Assembly: GCA_008632985.1 (NCBI GenBank)
Contig: QPGO01000077.1
Span: 124,001 to 188,000 of the forward strand
Origin: Psammoneis japonica
Lineage: Eukaryota
Direction of reading: 5' to 3'
Length of the DNA stretch: 64,000 bases
In this document: positions 50,707-61,316 of the stretch, piece after piece
How the letters are laid out: each line of letters starts with the position of its first letter
Position numbering within the stretch: the stretch's first letter is position 1
Notes under the pieces: generated by a model
Told to the model about the DNA's origin: nothing
Databases searched by the model: none
Seen by the model: the letters and a program-made list of their open reading frames with translations, nothing else
Position numbers and translations under genes: made by a program

Positions 50707-50777
50707 ACAACAACAGCCGGCCGCTGATGAAGCCACCGCGAAAGTCTCATTCTCCTGACTTCGGCCAACGTTGTTGT
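50707..50777 (+). ncRNA. Type I hammerhead ribozyme (minimal stem II)
   Basis: ggccg CTGATGA a gc-cacc-gc GAAA gtc-tcattctcct-gac TT cggcc; stem I extended by acaacaac/gttgttgt. Confidence 0.75.
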
Positions 50778-51218
50778 GCCTGCTGTTTGCCGAAATAGTT
50801 GGATAAATGTCCGATTAAGTGGCTCTACCTTAGCTGCTTGTATTTTTTGTTTGTCACATTTGACGGAGAATCGGCTGCGCCGATTCGTTCGTTCGTTCGA
50901 GAGAGAGAGAGAGCACTCACCACCACTCTCCCAACTCCGCAATCATGCCCGCCAGTGCGTTGGACTTGACCGCATGATTGTCTGCTGCAGTTAATCCTGC
51001 AACCTCAGAAACTTGCTCTTGCACCGCAACCTGCGCATCTCATCTGGCCCCCCAATTTCATCATACAAACAGGGTGGCCACTGAGAGAGAGAGAGAGAGA
51101 GAGCCAATGACACACCAACCTGAACTCAAATCAAATCAAGTCAATTGTTTGCTCTGTCTGTCCTCCCCACAGCAACAATGACTGGGATCTTTTTAACATG
51201 ACAACCTCAACCATGTAA

Positions 51219-51290
51219 ACAACAACAGCCAGCTGCTGATGAAGCCACCATGAAAGTCTCACTCCTGACTTTGCCCAAGTTGTTGTGCCT
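51219..51290 (+). ncRNA. Degenerate second hammerhead copy
   Basis: agctg CTGATGA agccaccat GAAA gtc..gac TT tgccc; core intact, stems I and II damaged. Confidence 0.55.
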
Positions 51291-52149
51291 GCCATTTGTT
51301 GAACAGTTGGATGAACATCCAAACTGGTGGCTCCCACCACAGCCACTTGCATTCTTGTCAGTCAAATTTGATGGAAAATTGGCTGTGCCAATTTTGTTTG
51401 TTCATTCAAGACAGGCATTGGGTTTCTGGAAAAGTGGCAGCAACTGTGGGTGACAAAGAACAGGACACTGTAAAACAGCTTTGGGGCTTTGGTCTCACAC
51501 ATGAGTTGGAGTTGCTGTCTTGCATTGCTGGAGAAAGGACAAGAGGACTGGGCATTGAGAGGTTGCTGGACAAACGCCTGAGACAGGCGAGTGCTTGGAC
51601 TCAGTCTTCTGTGACTTGGATTGGTGGTGGGACAGACCCAACAAACCAAGTGCAGTGGATGACCATCACAGACTTGGACGATGAGTTGGCATCTTGCACA
51701 AAGTCAGGTTGGATGTGTGCCATTGGGTCATTGCAGAAAGCAGGAAGCCAGTTTCTAAAACACAAGTGGGGCACATGTGACACAAGTGGCAGATGTGGTG
51801 CAACCTGATGTCTGGGCCACCAAGATTGATGGCTCCAACAAGTGCTTTGAGGTGCCATTGGATGATGCTGACCCTTCATTTTGCAGGGCAATGAGGCTGC
51901 ACCAGCATTTGAATTGGACACAATGGCCATTGTTGATGGCAGCTCTTGCATGGTGCATGAAAGTGGGATCACTCCAATGGATGAGGAATTTGGGGCATGT
52001 TGTTGCCAGGCAAACAACCCAAGAATGATGAGCAGAAGTGAGCAATCAATCAGTGTCTGGGAACAGAGCTTGCTTTTGACATTGGAGCAGATGGCAAGTG
52101 AGGTGGTGCAGCAATGAAGCAAGCAAGAGGTCAGGGTGGATGCCTGGTC

Positions 52150-53400
52150 AGAGCTCGGCACATCAAAACTTGTTGTTTGACACCCATGAACACAGCATGC
52201 CAACAGAAATGACAGACATGAGTGCACAGCCAAAGCAATCACTAAAAACATGTGTTTGCTCAAGTGGACAGCAAGGCCAAATGGCATTCTGCCTCACACA
52301 AGATTCAAGATCATGGGACATTGGGCAATGCAGCAGCGTCAATTGAGGATGGAGTTGAGTGCTGTGCTGGTGAGAAGGAAAAGAAGAAGGTTGCAACAAG
52401 CTGCTGGAAGACACCAGTTGCTTGGAAGGACAGCAGCACATCATGAGCAAAATTGAAGGAGAGCCAGGATCTGCCTTGGAGTGAACATGGAGAAGGTTCA
52501 GACCAACAATGGCTGCATGATTTGCACTGCTCACCAAGGTCCTGCACCATGTTGGCTGTCAAGATGGCAGAAGGCTTGTTGGATGAGGATGGCAATGGCA
52601 AAGTGTCAAAGAACACAAAGGGCCCCACCCCAAAGCACAAGCTGGAGTTGGATGTGACAGTGAAGTCATGCCCAGATTTGGCAGACAGGTGTTTGCAGTT
52701 GACTGGCATCTGTTGCTGTGTGATCAATCTGCTGGGTTTTGTCAACATTTTGCGTGAAGTCTCAGCCCTTTCTCAGCATCAGGCAAATCCAAGAAAAATG
52801 CATTTGGAGGCTTTTTGGGCCAAGTGTTTTTGCACATGAAGAAGCGCCAAAATGCTGGAAGGTTGGATTTGATCCAAAGGTGACAGTGGCTGACACAAGT
52901 CTGTCATTTTAGCTGGAGCACAGGCTGGGCCAACTTTTGTGAGGACACCAAGGAGGACATGCCACAGTGGATGCCCAAGCCTTGTGGCAACCCAGCAAAT
53001 GTCTGTGCATTTGTTGATGCCAACCATGTGGGCAATGTTGTCAATTGCAGGTCTTGCAGTGGGAACCCGATGAAGATCAACAACCCACCAATTGTTTGTG
53101 CAGCAACATTTGGGGTTGAGTTGGTGTGGCAAGGAGCACTTGCAAAGAGTTGATTGTTGTGCCACATTGCAAGCTTTGCATCTTTGGTGTGCCGTTGGAA
53201 GGGCCGCCAAGCATTTTGTGTGACAATCACCAGAAGTGCTCCCAAGCTGGCTCTTCACAAGAAGCACAATGCCATCAACTGTCATGTGGTCAAAGAAGCT
53301 GTGGTGGATGGGACAATTTGAGTTGGAAAGGAGGGAGCAGACACAAACTTGGTGGATTTGTTGATGAAACTGGCCGCTGTTGAGTGGCCCTGGAAACTCT
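52150..53400 (+). mobile_element. Decayed Ty1/copia RT-RNase H fragment
   Basis: HKLELDVT...RCLQLTG...EVSALSQHQANPR..HLEA; MPKPCGN..CAFVDANHVGNVVNCRS; HCKLCIFGVPLEGPPSILCDN; KKHNAINCHVVKEA. Confidence 0.85.
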
Positions 53401-54036
53401 GTTCTTGCATCTCTTTTGGTGATGCCCCGGTGCCAAGGCTGCGCACTTGTGGCTCACGTCCCTCCCACGTGCAGTTGCCCCCCCAAGGCCAGCATGGCTT
53501 GTGGCTCAACTGGGTTTTGTGGTTTGCCTGTCACTGAGAGGACGTCATTGGGACCACAGAATCGAATGAATCTGGATGGAGCAGTCTCTCCCTGGTCGGG
53601 GCATGCGTGCATGTGATGTTGCACATTCCCTCTCACCATCCAAGTGCGACAAGGTTCTCATTGACAGCACTGCTTCTCTCTACATTGGACTAAAGGTGCC
53701 ATGCTCATTCTGTCGTCGCATCGGGATTTATGGCACCAGATGAAAGTCGACAGACTGGCAATCGAATGGTGAGCTAAAATAGAGAGGAGCTTTAGAACTG
53801 CATTCTCAACGGTCCTCGTAGGAAAAACGTAGGGGCCAGAACTGAGACGACTTGGAATGACTTGTGGGTGTCCTTTTCTCAGTAGATGGCCTGCAGCAAT
53901 GGAGTGCACAACAAGAATTCTCGACAGAAACCAGAAGTTTCCATTCGGCTTCAGAATTCAAAGGAAGACAAACAGACGGCCACTCTTGGCTCAGGCTCTA
54001 ATCTCACATCAATGCAAGTGCTTGCAGTGTTTGAGG

Positions 54037-54888
54037 TCAGGCCAAACTAAGGGAAGCGACATGGATCATGGTGGAACTCTTGCACGCAAATTGGTGAGCG
54101 CACATGAGGTCGTTGACGTCTTCAAACGTCGCACCCATGCAAGTGTCTTTTTTGATGCAGGACACCGTGTTGACGTCGTAGATCGTCGCTCCGTTGCAGC
54201 TGTCCTTGTCTTGACAGAGGAGGCTGTCACAATGAGACACTGTGGCTCCATCGCAAGTTCCAGCGGGGCAAACAATGTCTCTTCCCATCGCAACCTGAGC
54301 AGTGATGTCAGTGCCATCGACTGCCACGCTGCAGGGGGGACCAGCGCCGTTGAGGATGACACCGTCACAACTCTTGGGCCCCTCACAAATGAGGGATGTA
54401 GTTGCTCCCGTAATGATGGCACCATCACAGGCATTCGGCACGGAGCACTTGACAGATGCGGCATCGTTAATTTCGGCGCCCGCACAGGCGTTGTCTGCCG
54501 TGCATTCGACGAAATCAACATTGAAGAATTTGGCGTTTTGGCAAGCCGAAATCAACGAACAAATCGTACGGTTGTAATCGGTCACTTCCATGTTAAGGCA
54601 AGCACAAGCACCGGAGCAGTCTACCAGGCCGCCTCCAGATGCTCTACCGGTAAACTTGGCATTGTTACAAGCCTGGTATCCACAACAACACGCCCCTAAG
54701 TTTTCGGTCACTCTGGCATATAAGACCGCTCGATAGCCATACGCGTAAACACATGGTGCCTCCACAGTTGCATAGTAGGCGGCAGCACACCCGTACGCGT
54801 AGACATCGGCGGATTTAATGTCGGCGTAAATAGCGGAATAGAAGCCATAAGCATACAAATACGAAGTGTCGATCTCCGCAGTGTCGCA
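54037..54888 (-). pseudogene. 3' part of a secreted Cys-rich repeat gene interrupted by the copia
   Basis: CDTAEIDTSYLYAYGF... with repeats of about 18 aa (C....AC..A.I); continues the frame of 61316-61170. Confidence 0.8.
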
Positions 54889-55096
54889 TGTGAAGATATC
54901 ATATTTCGTGCGTCATTGCATTATGACTCACTGTCCCAAAAATGACTCATAAACATCGGTCTTCAATGAGAGACGAGGAGCCTCTCACATCCTCACAATT
55001 TTACTACAGCTGTTATTGTAACACCTATTTGATCGCCCCAATACTTACTAGTCATCACTAGCTACCGCTACTGATCTGCTTTTGAGCATTTAAACA
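54889..55096 (+). repeat. 5' LTR
   Basis: tgtgaagat...tttaaaca; aligns without gaps to 60962-61169. Confidence 0.97.
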
Positions 55097-55112
55097 CGCT
55101 TCCTCTGCGCTA
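55097..55112 (+). promoter_or_regulatory. Primer-binding site complementary to the tRNAiMet D-arm
   Basis: cgcttcctctgcgcta directly follows the LTR; the reverse complement tagcgcagaggaagcg resembles initiator tRNA UGGCGCAGCGGAAGCG. Confidence 0.7.
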
Positions 55113-55118
55113 AGTAAC

Positions 55119-56429
55119 ATGTCTGACGCCTCTTCAGACGCTTCGTCCGTGTCTGGACCGGAGCTAGGAGATGTTCCCGAAGATGTCCCATTTGCATTGG
55201 CTCCGGCACAAGCGATCACCACGGTCATCGATTGTCGTTCGAGTGCGGGTCGTAAGCTTTTTGAGCAAGCTACCAAGCCGCTGGACGAGGAATTATTCGA
55301 TTGTGAACCAGGAGACCTGTGCCAGTTCCTCAAGAACTTGGAAGACAGAGCCAGAGAGTTTGGGTGGAATGATGAGAACGGAGCATTCATGATCCCAGAA
55401 GACCACGAAGACATCCTGGAATCCGAGAGGTCTAATCTGTTGACCGACTATGGTCAGATAGACCTAGAGAGGATCCGGGGCTTTGAAGAATCCTACATCG
55501 GTAACGAGAGTCGCGCAGCGCAAGATACCTGTCTAGCGTATCGCTGCCTAATGAACTCCGTGTCGAAAGCCGGAAAGGATAAAGTGAGGATCTGGGAATC
55601 AGAATACAAGATCGGAGATCGTATGTCCGGAAATCTCCTTCTCAAGATCATCATCAGAGAATCCCACCTCGACACGAACGCCACGACGAGTACGATCCGA
55701 ACGAAATTGAGTCAACTCGACCTCCATCTCCCAACGATCGGTCATGACATCTTGAAGTTCAACCAGTGCGTGGCATTATTGCTTGCCGCCCTTAAGTCAC
55801 GAGGCGAAACCACTGAGGACCTGCTTACGAACCTCTTCAAGGGGTGCCTGGCTGCTTCCGACAAAGTTTTTGTCAAGCACATCGAGCGTAAGCAAGAACA
55901 GTGTGAAGAGGGCGAGGACATGTCGGCGTCGCAACTTATGAACCTCGCGGGCAACAAGTACAAGAACCTGCTTCAGAAATCGCCATGGAACGCCCCTGGT
56001 GCGTCTGAAGAAAAGATCTTGGCTCTCCAAGCTCAAGTGGAGGCCCTCAGCAAGAAATCCCACAAGAAGACGGGAAACAAGGGAAAAGACCACGACGCGC
56101 CTCAAGGTGCTCAGAAAGACGGGAAGCCCACGTGGTTGAAGAAACACAGGCGTCCCAAACGCGACCAGTTGACCAACCCGAGAACTTGGAAAGGTGCCGC
56201 ATGCTGTTGGTGTGAGAAGAGTGCCGGCGGCAAGTGTTCTGGCAAGTGGCGTGTCCACAAGCCCTCCCAATGTGAAGGCAGAGAAGGCAAGAACAAGCCA
56301 CAGAAAAACGAGTCTACAGCACCACCCCACAAGAAACAGAAGGGACCTGACGGACACCCACGGCTCAAGCTTGACAAAGCATGCCAAGCCGCAGTGGACG
56401 GGCAGGACTCGGGCGAGGAGTCTCAATGA
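55119..56429 (+). CDS. Copia gag
   Basis: PFALAPA, GNLLLKII, DTNAT...IRTKL, NLFKG(C), CCWC...KWRVHKPSQC knuckle. Confidence 0.85.
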   Translation: MSDASSDASSVSGPELGDVPEDVPFALAPAQAITTVIDCRSSAGRKLFEQATKPLDEELFDCEPGDLCQFLKNLEDRAREFGWNDENGAFMIPEDHEDILESERSNLLTDYGQIDLERIRGFEESYIGNESRAAQDTCLAYRCLMNSVSKAGKDKVRIWESEYKIGDRMSGNLLLKIIIRESHLDTNATTSTIRTKLSQLDLHLPTIGHDILKFNQCVALLLAALKSRGETTEDLLTNLFKGCLAASDKVFVKHIERKQEQCEEGEDMSASQLMNLAGNKYKNLLQKSPWNAPGASEEKILALQAQVEALSKKSHKKTGNKGKDHDAPQGAQKDGKPTWLKKHRRPKRDQLTNPRTWKGAACCWCEKSAGGKCSGKWRVHKPSQCEGREGKNKPQKNESTAPPHKKQKGPDGHPRLKLDKACQAAVDGQDSGEESQ

Positions 56430-59400
56430 CTCCTTGAGCACGGCTGCAGCGGTTGTGATGGACATGGGTTGGAAACCATGGCGTCGAAGTGTTTTGCGAT
56501 CATCAAGGCAACTGCGCTCTTTGCCTGGCAGGCACTCGCCTGCAACCACACAACCATTGTGATGACGTCGCTCTCATTTGAAAACAAACGAGTGATCGAA
56601 CAAAAGCTGCTAGCTCATGCTCCAATTTTACTGTCGATGGCGATGGTCCTGATCTGCATTTGCTTCTACGCGACCGACCCCAACTGCAAGCCCGGATGCA
56701 CGCCGAAACGGAAGAGATGGCACCGGGTGCGACGAGGGTGGACCATGCTCACTGAAGGTACATGCAAGATGGGGACCAGCATTGAGCAGATTGTGGGAAG
56801 CATCAACACTGCCAACAAACCCAGAAGAGGGAGAACAATCAAGATCCAACGTGCCGCAACAAAGGTGAAACCCAGACAGAAGAGGCGAACATGGGGCTCG
56901 ATTATGGCGCTAGCCATGGTGGCCATGCAAGCCAAAGGGAAACACATAAAAGAGCACACCGTCACGTTTGATGCCGATTCTGGGCCAGTCGGAGTGGACA
57001 ACAGATGCACAGGTTGCACATCCGACCGAACAGAAGACTTCATTGGCGAGCTGAGAGACACAAGAAGAACCATTAAGGGATTCGGTGGCTCTCGAACACA
57101 GGTGTGAAAGTTGGTGCCCTGCTGTGGAGATGGAGTGACGATGAGGGAAAGACACACAAGTTCGTAATCCCCAACTCATTCTACGCACCTGACGGCAAGG
57201 TCCGCCTGCTGAGTCCCCAACACTGGGCAAAGGCACTGAGAGACAACAAGCCGATCGAAGGAACTGGATCAGAGACAAACTCGAAAGAGGTCACACTGTT
57301 CTGGAACCAACGAAAGCATCGACTGACTGTGCCGTTGAGCGAGACTACGAACGTAGCCACCTTCGCTCAGCACCGGGTCATCAGAAGTTCGAAGCATTTT
57401 GCGCCGACGCGGACATCGATCCAGCGAAAGAAGCAGACGATCCTCTCCTTGCACTAGATGCAGCAGTCGTCAGTGATGACGAGGACGAGGAAGAGACGGA
57501 TGTCCAGTTCGATGCAAAAAGCATGCCAAGGAATGGCAACCTGAACCCCAGGAGGTGGCGCAAGAGACAGGGTTGGCTGCCGATCAGCGCGTCCACCCAC
57601 TGGGAGCAACGTTTGACATAAATGGGCCAACAAGTGGTGGCAACTCAGAGGGAGCACCGACTGCTCCACCGCCACGAGTGGTGGAAGATGAAGAAGACAG
57701 ACAGCCAGATGCGGACACGGCGCTGCTCCTCAAGTGCCACCAACAATTTGGGCACATTGGCTTCACAAAGTTGCAATGGATGGCAAAGATGGGCATTCTA
57801 CCAAGACGGCTTGCAAAGTGCAACGTACCTGCTTGCTCGGCATGCCTGCGCGCAAAGGCGACCAAGAGAAAATGGCGCGACAAGGCACGGAACGATGATG
57901 CCGAGATAGAAGCTCCAACAAAACCAGGCCAAATTGTCTCAGTGGATCAATTGGCATCTCCGACACCGGGTCTAATCGCACAAATGACGGGCTTCTTGAC
58001 CACAAAACGGTGCAAGTGCGCCACAGTCTGTGTCGACCAGTGCTCCAAATTGGGTTGCGTTCATCTGCAAAAGACAGCAACGGCAGCTGAAACGTTAGAG
58101 GGAAAACAAGCTTTTGAGTTGTGTGCAAAGAGTTGTGGCGTGACCGTTCAGGCTTGCCATGCTGACAACGGAATGTTCAAGGCCAACGACTGGGTGCATG
58201 TGTGCAGGAGACAAGGGCAACAACTGACGTTCGCTGCCGCAGGCGCTCATCACCAAAATGGCACGGCGGAGCGACGGATCCGAGAGCTCCAAGAGCTCGC
58301 CCGAACAATGTTGATCCATGCCAACAGCCGCTGGAAGAAGTGCATTGCCGCAAATTTATGGCCCCACGCGATTCGCATGGCCTGTGACGCCATCAATCAC
58401 ACGCCCAACCTCCAACACAAAGACCGATCAAGCCCACTCCAGCTGTTTTCCAACACGAAAGTTGCCACCAATCCAAAGCACTGGAAACCATTTGGTTGCC
58501 CAGTGCACGCATTGGACTCCGCATTGCAATCAGGTCCACCGTGTCACAAATGGAAAGACAGATCAAGGGTTGGAATGTGCTCAGGCCGAAGCCCACAACA
58601 TGGCAAGAACGTGGCCCTGGTGCTCGACCGAGAGTCGGCACCAGTGAGTCCACAGTTCCACGCAAAATTTGATCCATCATTCCATGCGCTGAAGCAAGAC
58701 ACTTGCGATTCTCTGTGGCAAGTGAAAGCCGGGTTCGTTGCTCAGAGGGAGACAAAAGGAACCAAGAAGAGTGGCAAGACCAAAACGGCTCCCACAAGTG
58801 CTCCGGATCGTCCCAAGAAGAAGCGCGCACGAGCTTCAGAGGGAGCGGGGCAAGGCAAGAAACGAAGAACCATTCGTTGGGCTGACCAACCAACACGGCC
58901 ACAAGATGGCGATGCTGCAGTGACCGACAGCCAATCGGTGTCCGAACGAGAGATGCGCCGAGAGCCCAATCACAACAAGGCCAACGCATCCGAAAGGACT
59001 GAATCTCTAGAAGCACCTCCACATGAGGGCGAGTCTGATCAAGCACGAGACAGTCATGCTGAACCAAAAGTGACACGATCAGGGCGCAAGAGCCAACCGG
59101 TCAGCAGATTGATTGAGTCCATGGAGACTGAGATCAAGAAAGACACTGAAGGAGGCGTCGAAGGAGAACTGCTGTGCTTGGCCGCACTGCATCCTCGAGA
59201 CTCGCAAGCCCTCCAAGAAGAAGTCGCAAATCCCCTCCTTGCCTGCAAAGCATCAGCAGATCCTGACACCATGCACATGCACCAAGCCATGAAAGAACCG
59301 GACCGCAAGGAGTTCCTCAAGGCGATGCAAAAAGAGGTGAAGGATCAAATGGAAAATGGAAACCCACTCCATCATTCCAAGATCACAGGTGAAACAAGAC

Positions 59401-60891
59401 AGAAAAGTGCTGCCTGCAGTGTGGCAAATGAAGCGAAAGCGAGACATGCGCACCCGAAAGGTGAAGAAGTGGAAAGCGCGACTTAACATTGACGGCTCGA
59501 GGATGAGAAAAGGAAAAGACTACGATGAGACGCATGCGCCGGTTGCATCACGAAATTCAGTGCAGCTGCTGCTCACCTCAGTGGGAGCACATGGGTGGCA
59601 TTCAAAGCAACTGGATCATGTCCTCGCTTTTCCTCAAGCACCGGTCGAAAAGGATCTCTACATGGAGATTCCGTCCGGATTCGAGCTCGAAGGCGCCAAC
59701 ACCAAGGATTGTGTCCTGCGCTTGCATCGGAATGCACACGGGCAGAAGCAGGCAGGGCGAGTCTGGAACAAGTATCTCGTGGACAAGTTAGTCAACAAGT
59801 TGGGTTTCGAGCAATCCAAGGTCGACGAGTGTGTGTTTTATCGCGGAAAAACGATTTGCCTTCTCTGCACGGATGATTCTTTGCTCGCAGGCCCTGATGA
59901 ATCTGAGATCAACAAGATCATAGAGGAAATCAAGCAAGCAAAGTTAGATGTCACGGTGGAAGGCGATATTCAAGATTTCCTTGGCATAAACATCACCAGA
60001 AAGTCGGATGGAACGATACACCTGACGCAACCCCACCTGATCGACCAGATTCTGAAAGACTTACGACTTGATAAACCGAATATCGTCGGAAAAGACACAC
60101 CTGCAGCTTCATCCAAGCTCCTATCCAGGCATTCAGAATCAAGACCATTTGATAATTCCTTCAATTACAGGTCGATCATCGGTAAGCTGAATTACTTGGA
60201 GAAATGCACCCGAAGCGACATCGCATGCATCACGCACCAGTGCGCGAGATTCACTGCAGACCCGAAGGTAGAACATGGCGAGGCCATACGGTGGCTAGGC
60301 AGACATCTGTATGCTACGAGAGACAAAGGTACAATTCTGAAACCAGATTCCAAAAAGGATTTGGAGGTGTACGTAGACGCCGACTTCAGTGGCAATTGGG
60401 ATCGAAAGGAAGCTGCGAGCGACAGAGATGCCGCAAGATCCCGTCACGGGTATATCATCACTTACGCTGGTTGTCCGATCCTTTGGAAGTCTCAGCTACA
60501 GACTGAAATAGCGTTGTCCAGTGCCGAAAGTGAATGTGCCGGATTGTCGCATGCCTTGCGAGAGGCCATCCCTGTGATGGAAATGTTGAAGGAACTGAAG
60601 TTGCGAGGGCATCCAATCAACTCGACGACGGTGAAGATGCACTGCAAAGTTTTTGAGGACAACAGCGGCGCGCTGGAAATGGCGAAGGTGACACAAGTGC
60701 AGACCGCGCACCAAGCACCTCAACGTGAAGCTGCACCATTTCCGTGACTGTGTCAGTCGAAAGGAGATCTCAATCCACTCTATCGACACCACTGCACAAT
60801 TGGCCGATTTTCTAACTAAAGCGGTCAATCTGGACGTTCTGCTTTGGTTACGACCGAAAGTAATGGGTTGGCAGGTATTTGAAATACTTTA
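56430..60891 (+). pseudogene. Copia pol (protease, integrase, RT, RNase H) with several frameshifts
   Basis: FDADS..VGVDNRC; HQQFGH..C..C; VSVDQL; HADNG; HHQNG.AERRI; WKARLNIDG; GQKQAGRVW; CTDD; YVDADF; FEDNSGA; ADFLTK. Frameshifts near 57100, 57365, 57555, 59370 and 60690. Confidence 0.93.
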
Positions 60892-60947
60892 AAAGTGGAT
60901 TCGCGCGCAAAGTGCGTCAAACCTTCATTTTCGAGATGCATGAGATC

Positions 60948-60961
60948 AAAATGAGAGGGAG
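60948..60961 (+). promoter_or_regulatory. Polypurine tract
   Basis: aaaatgagagggag immediately before the 3' LTR. Confidence 0.85.
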
Positions 60962-61169
60962 TGTGAAGATGTCATATTTCATACGTCATTGCATTATGAC
61001 TCACTGTCCCAAAAATGACTCACAAACATCGGTCTTCAATGAGAGACGAGGAGCCTCTCACATCCTCACAATTTTACTGCAGCTGTTGTTGCAACACCCA
61101 TTTGATCGCCCCAATGCTTGCCAGTCATCACTGGCCACCGCTGCTGATCTGCTTTTGAGCATTTAAACA
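60962..61169 (+). repeat. 3' LTR
   Basis: Matches the 5' LTR with 14 transitions and no indels. Confidence 0.97.
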
Positions 61170-61316
61170 GTCGCAACCATAATGTCCGTAGCAGCAGGCA
61201 TGGGTGGACGAGATCGTGGCATCCTCGCACTCACATGCATCGTCGCAATAATTCTGTGAGGCGGCACAGCGGAAGATCCAGGCAAGAACCAAAAGTTTTG
61301 CAAGAGAAACAAGCAT
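61170..61316 (-). pseudogene. 5' part (signal peptide) of the interrupted Cys-rich gene
   Basis: MLVSLAKLLVLAWIFRCAASQNYCDDACECEDATISSTHACCYGHYGCD ends at the target duplication. Confidence 0.8.

Larger units (their letters stand above)
50421..51350 (+). mobile_element. Two tandem Penelope-like element end repeats (pLTR-like) with (GA)n tracts
   Basis: LSNLRNHARQRIGLDSMIVCYDRSHNLGNLLSYRKL starts at about 50430 and again at about 50925; each unit has a (GA)n tract and a hammerhead core. Confidence 0.7.
54889..61169 (+). mobile_element. Full-length Ty1/copia (CoDi-like) LTR retrotransposon, inactivated
   Basis: 208-bp TG...CA LTRs, GTCGCA on both flanks, order gag-PR-IN-RT-RH, polypurine tract before the 3' LTR. 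Confidence 0.97.

Noticed and set aside
55119..60891. Alternative genetic code or RNA recoding (Cys/His read as Tyr)
   Set aside because: Neighbouring host genes use Tyr normally, and the same changes occur in non-coding LTRs.
54889..61169. Classical fungal RIP (CpA to TpA) as the cause of the LTR mismatches
   Set aside because: Conserved Tyr codons are lost rather than stops gained, and repeats are TA-poor; the direction is opposite.
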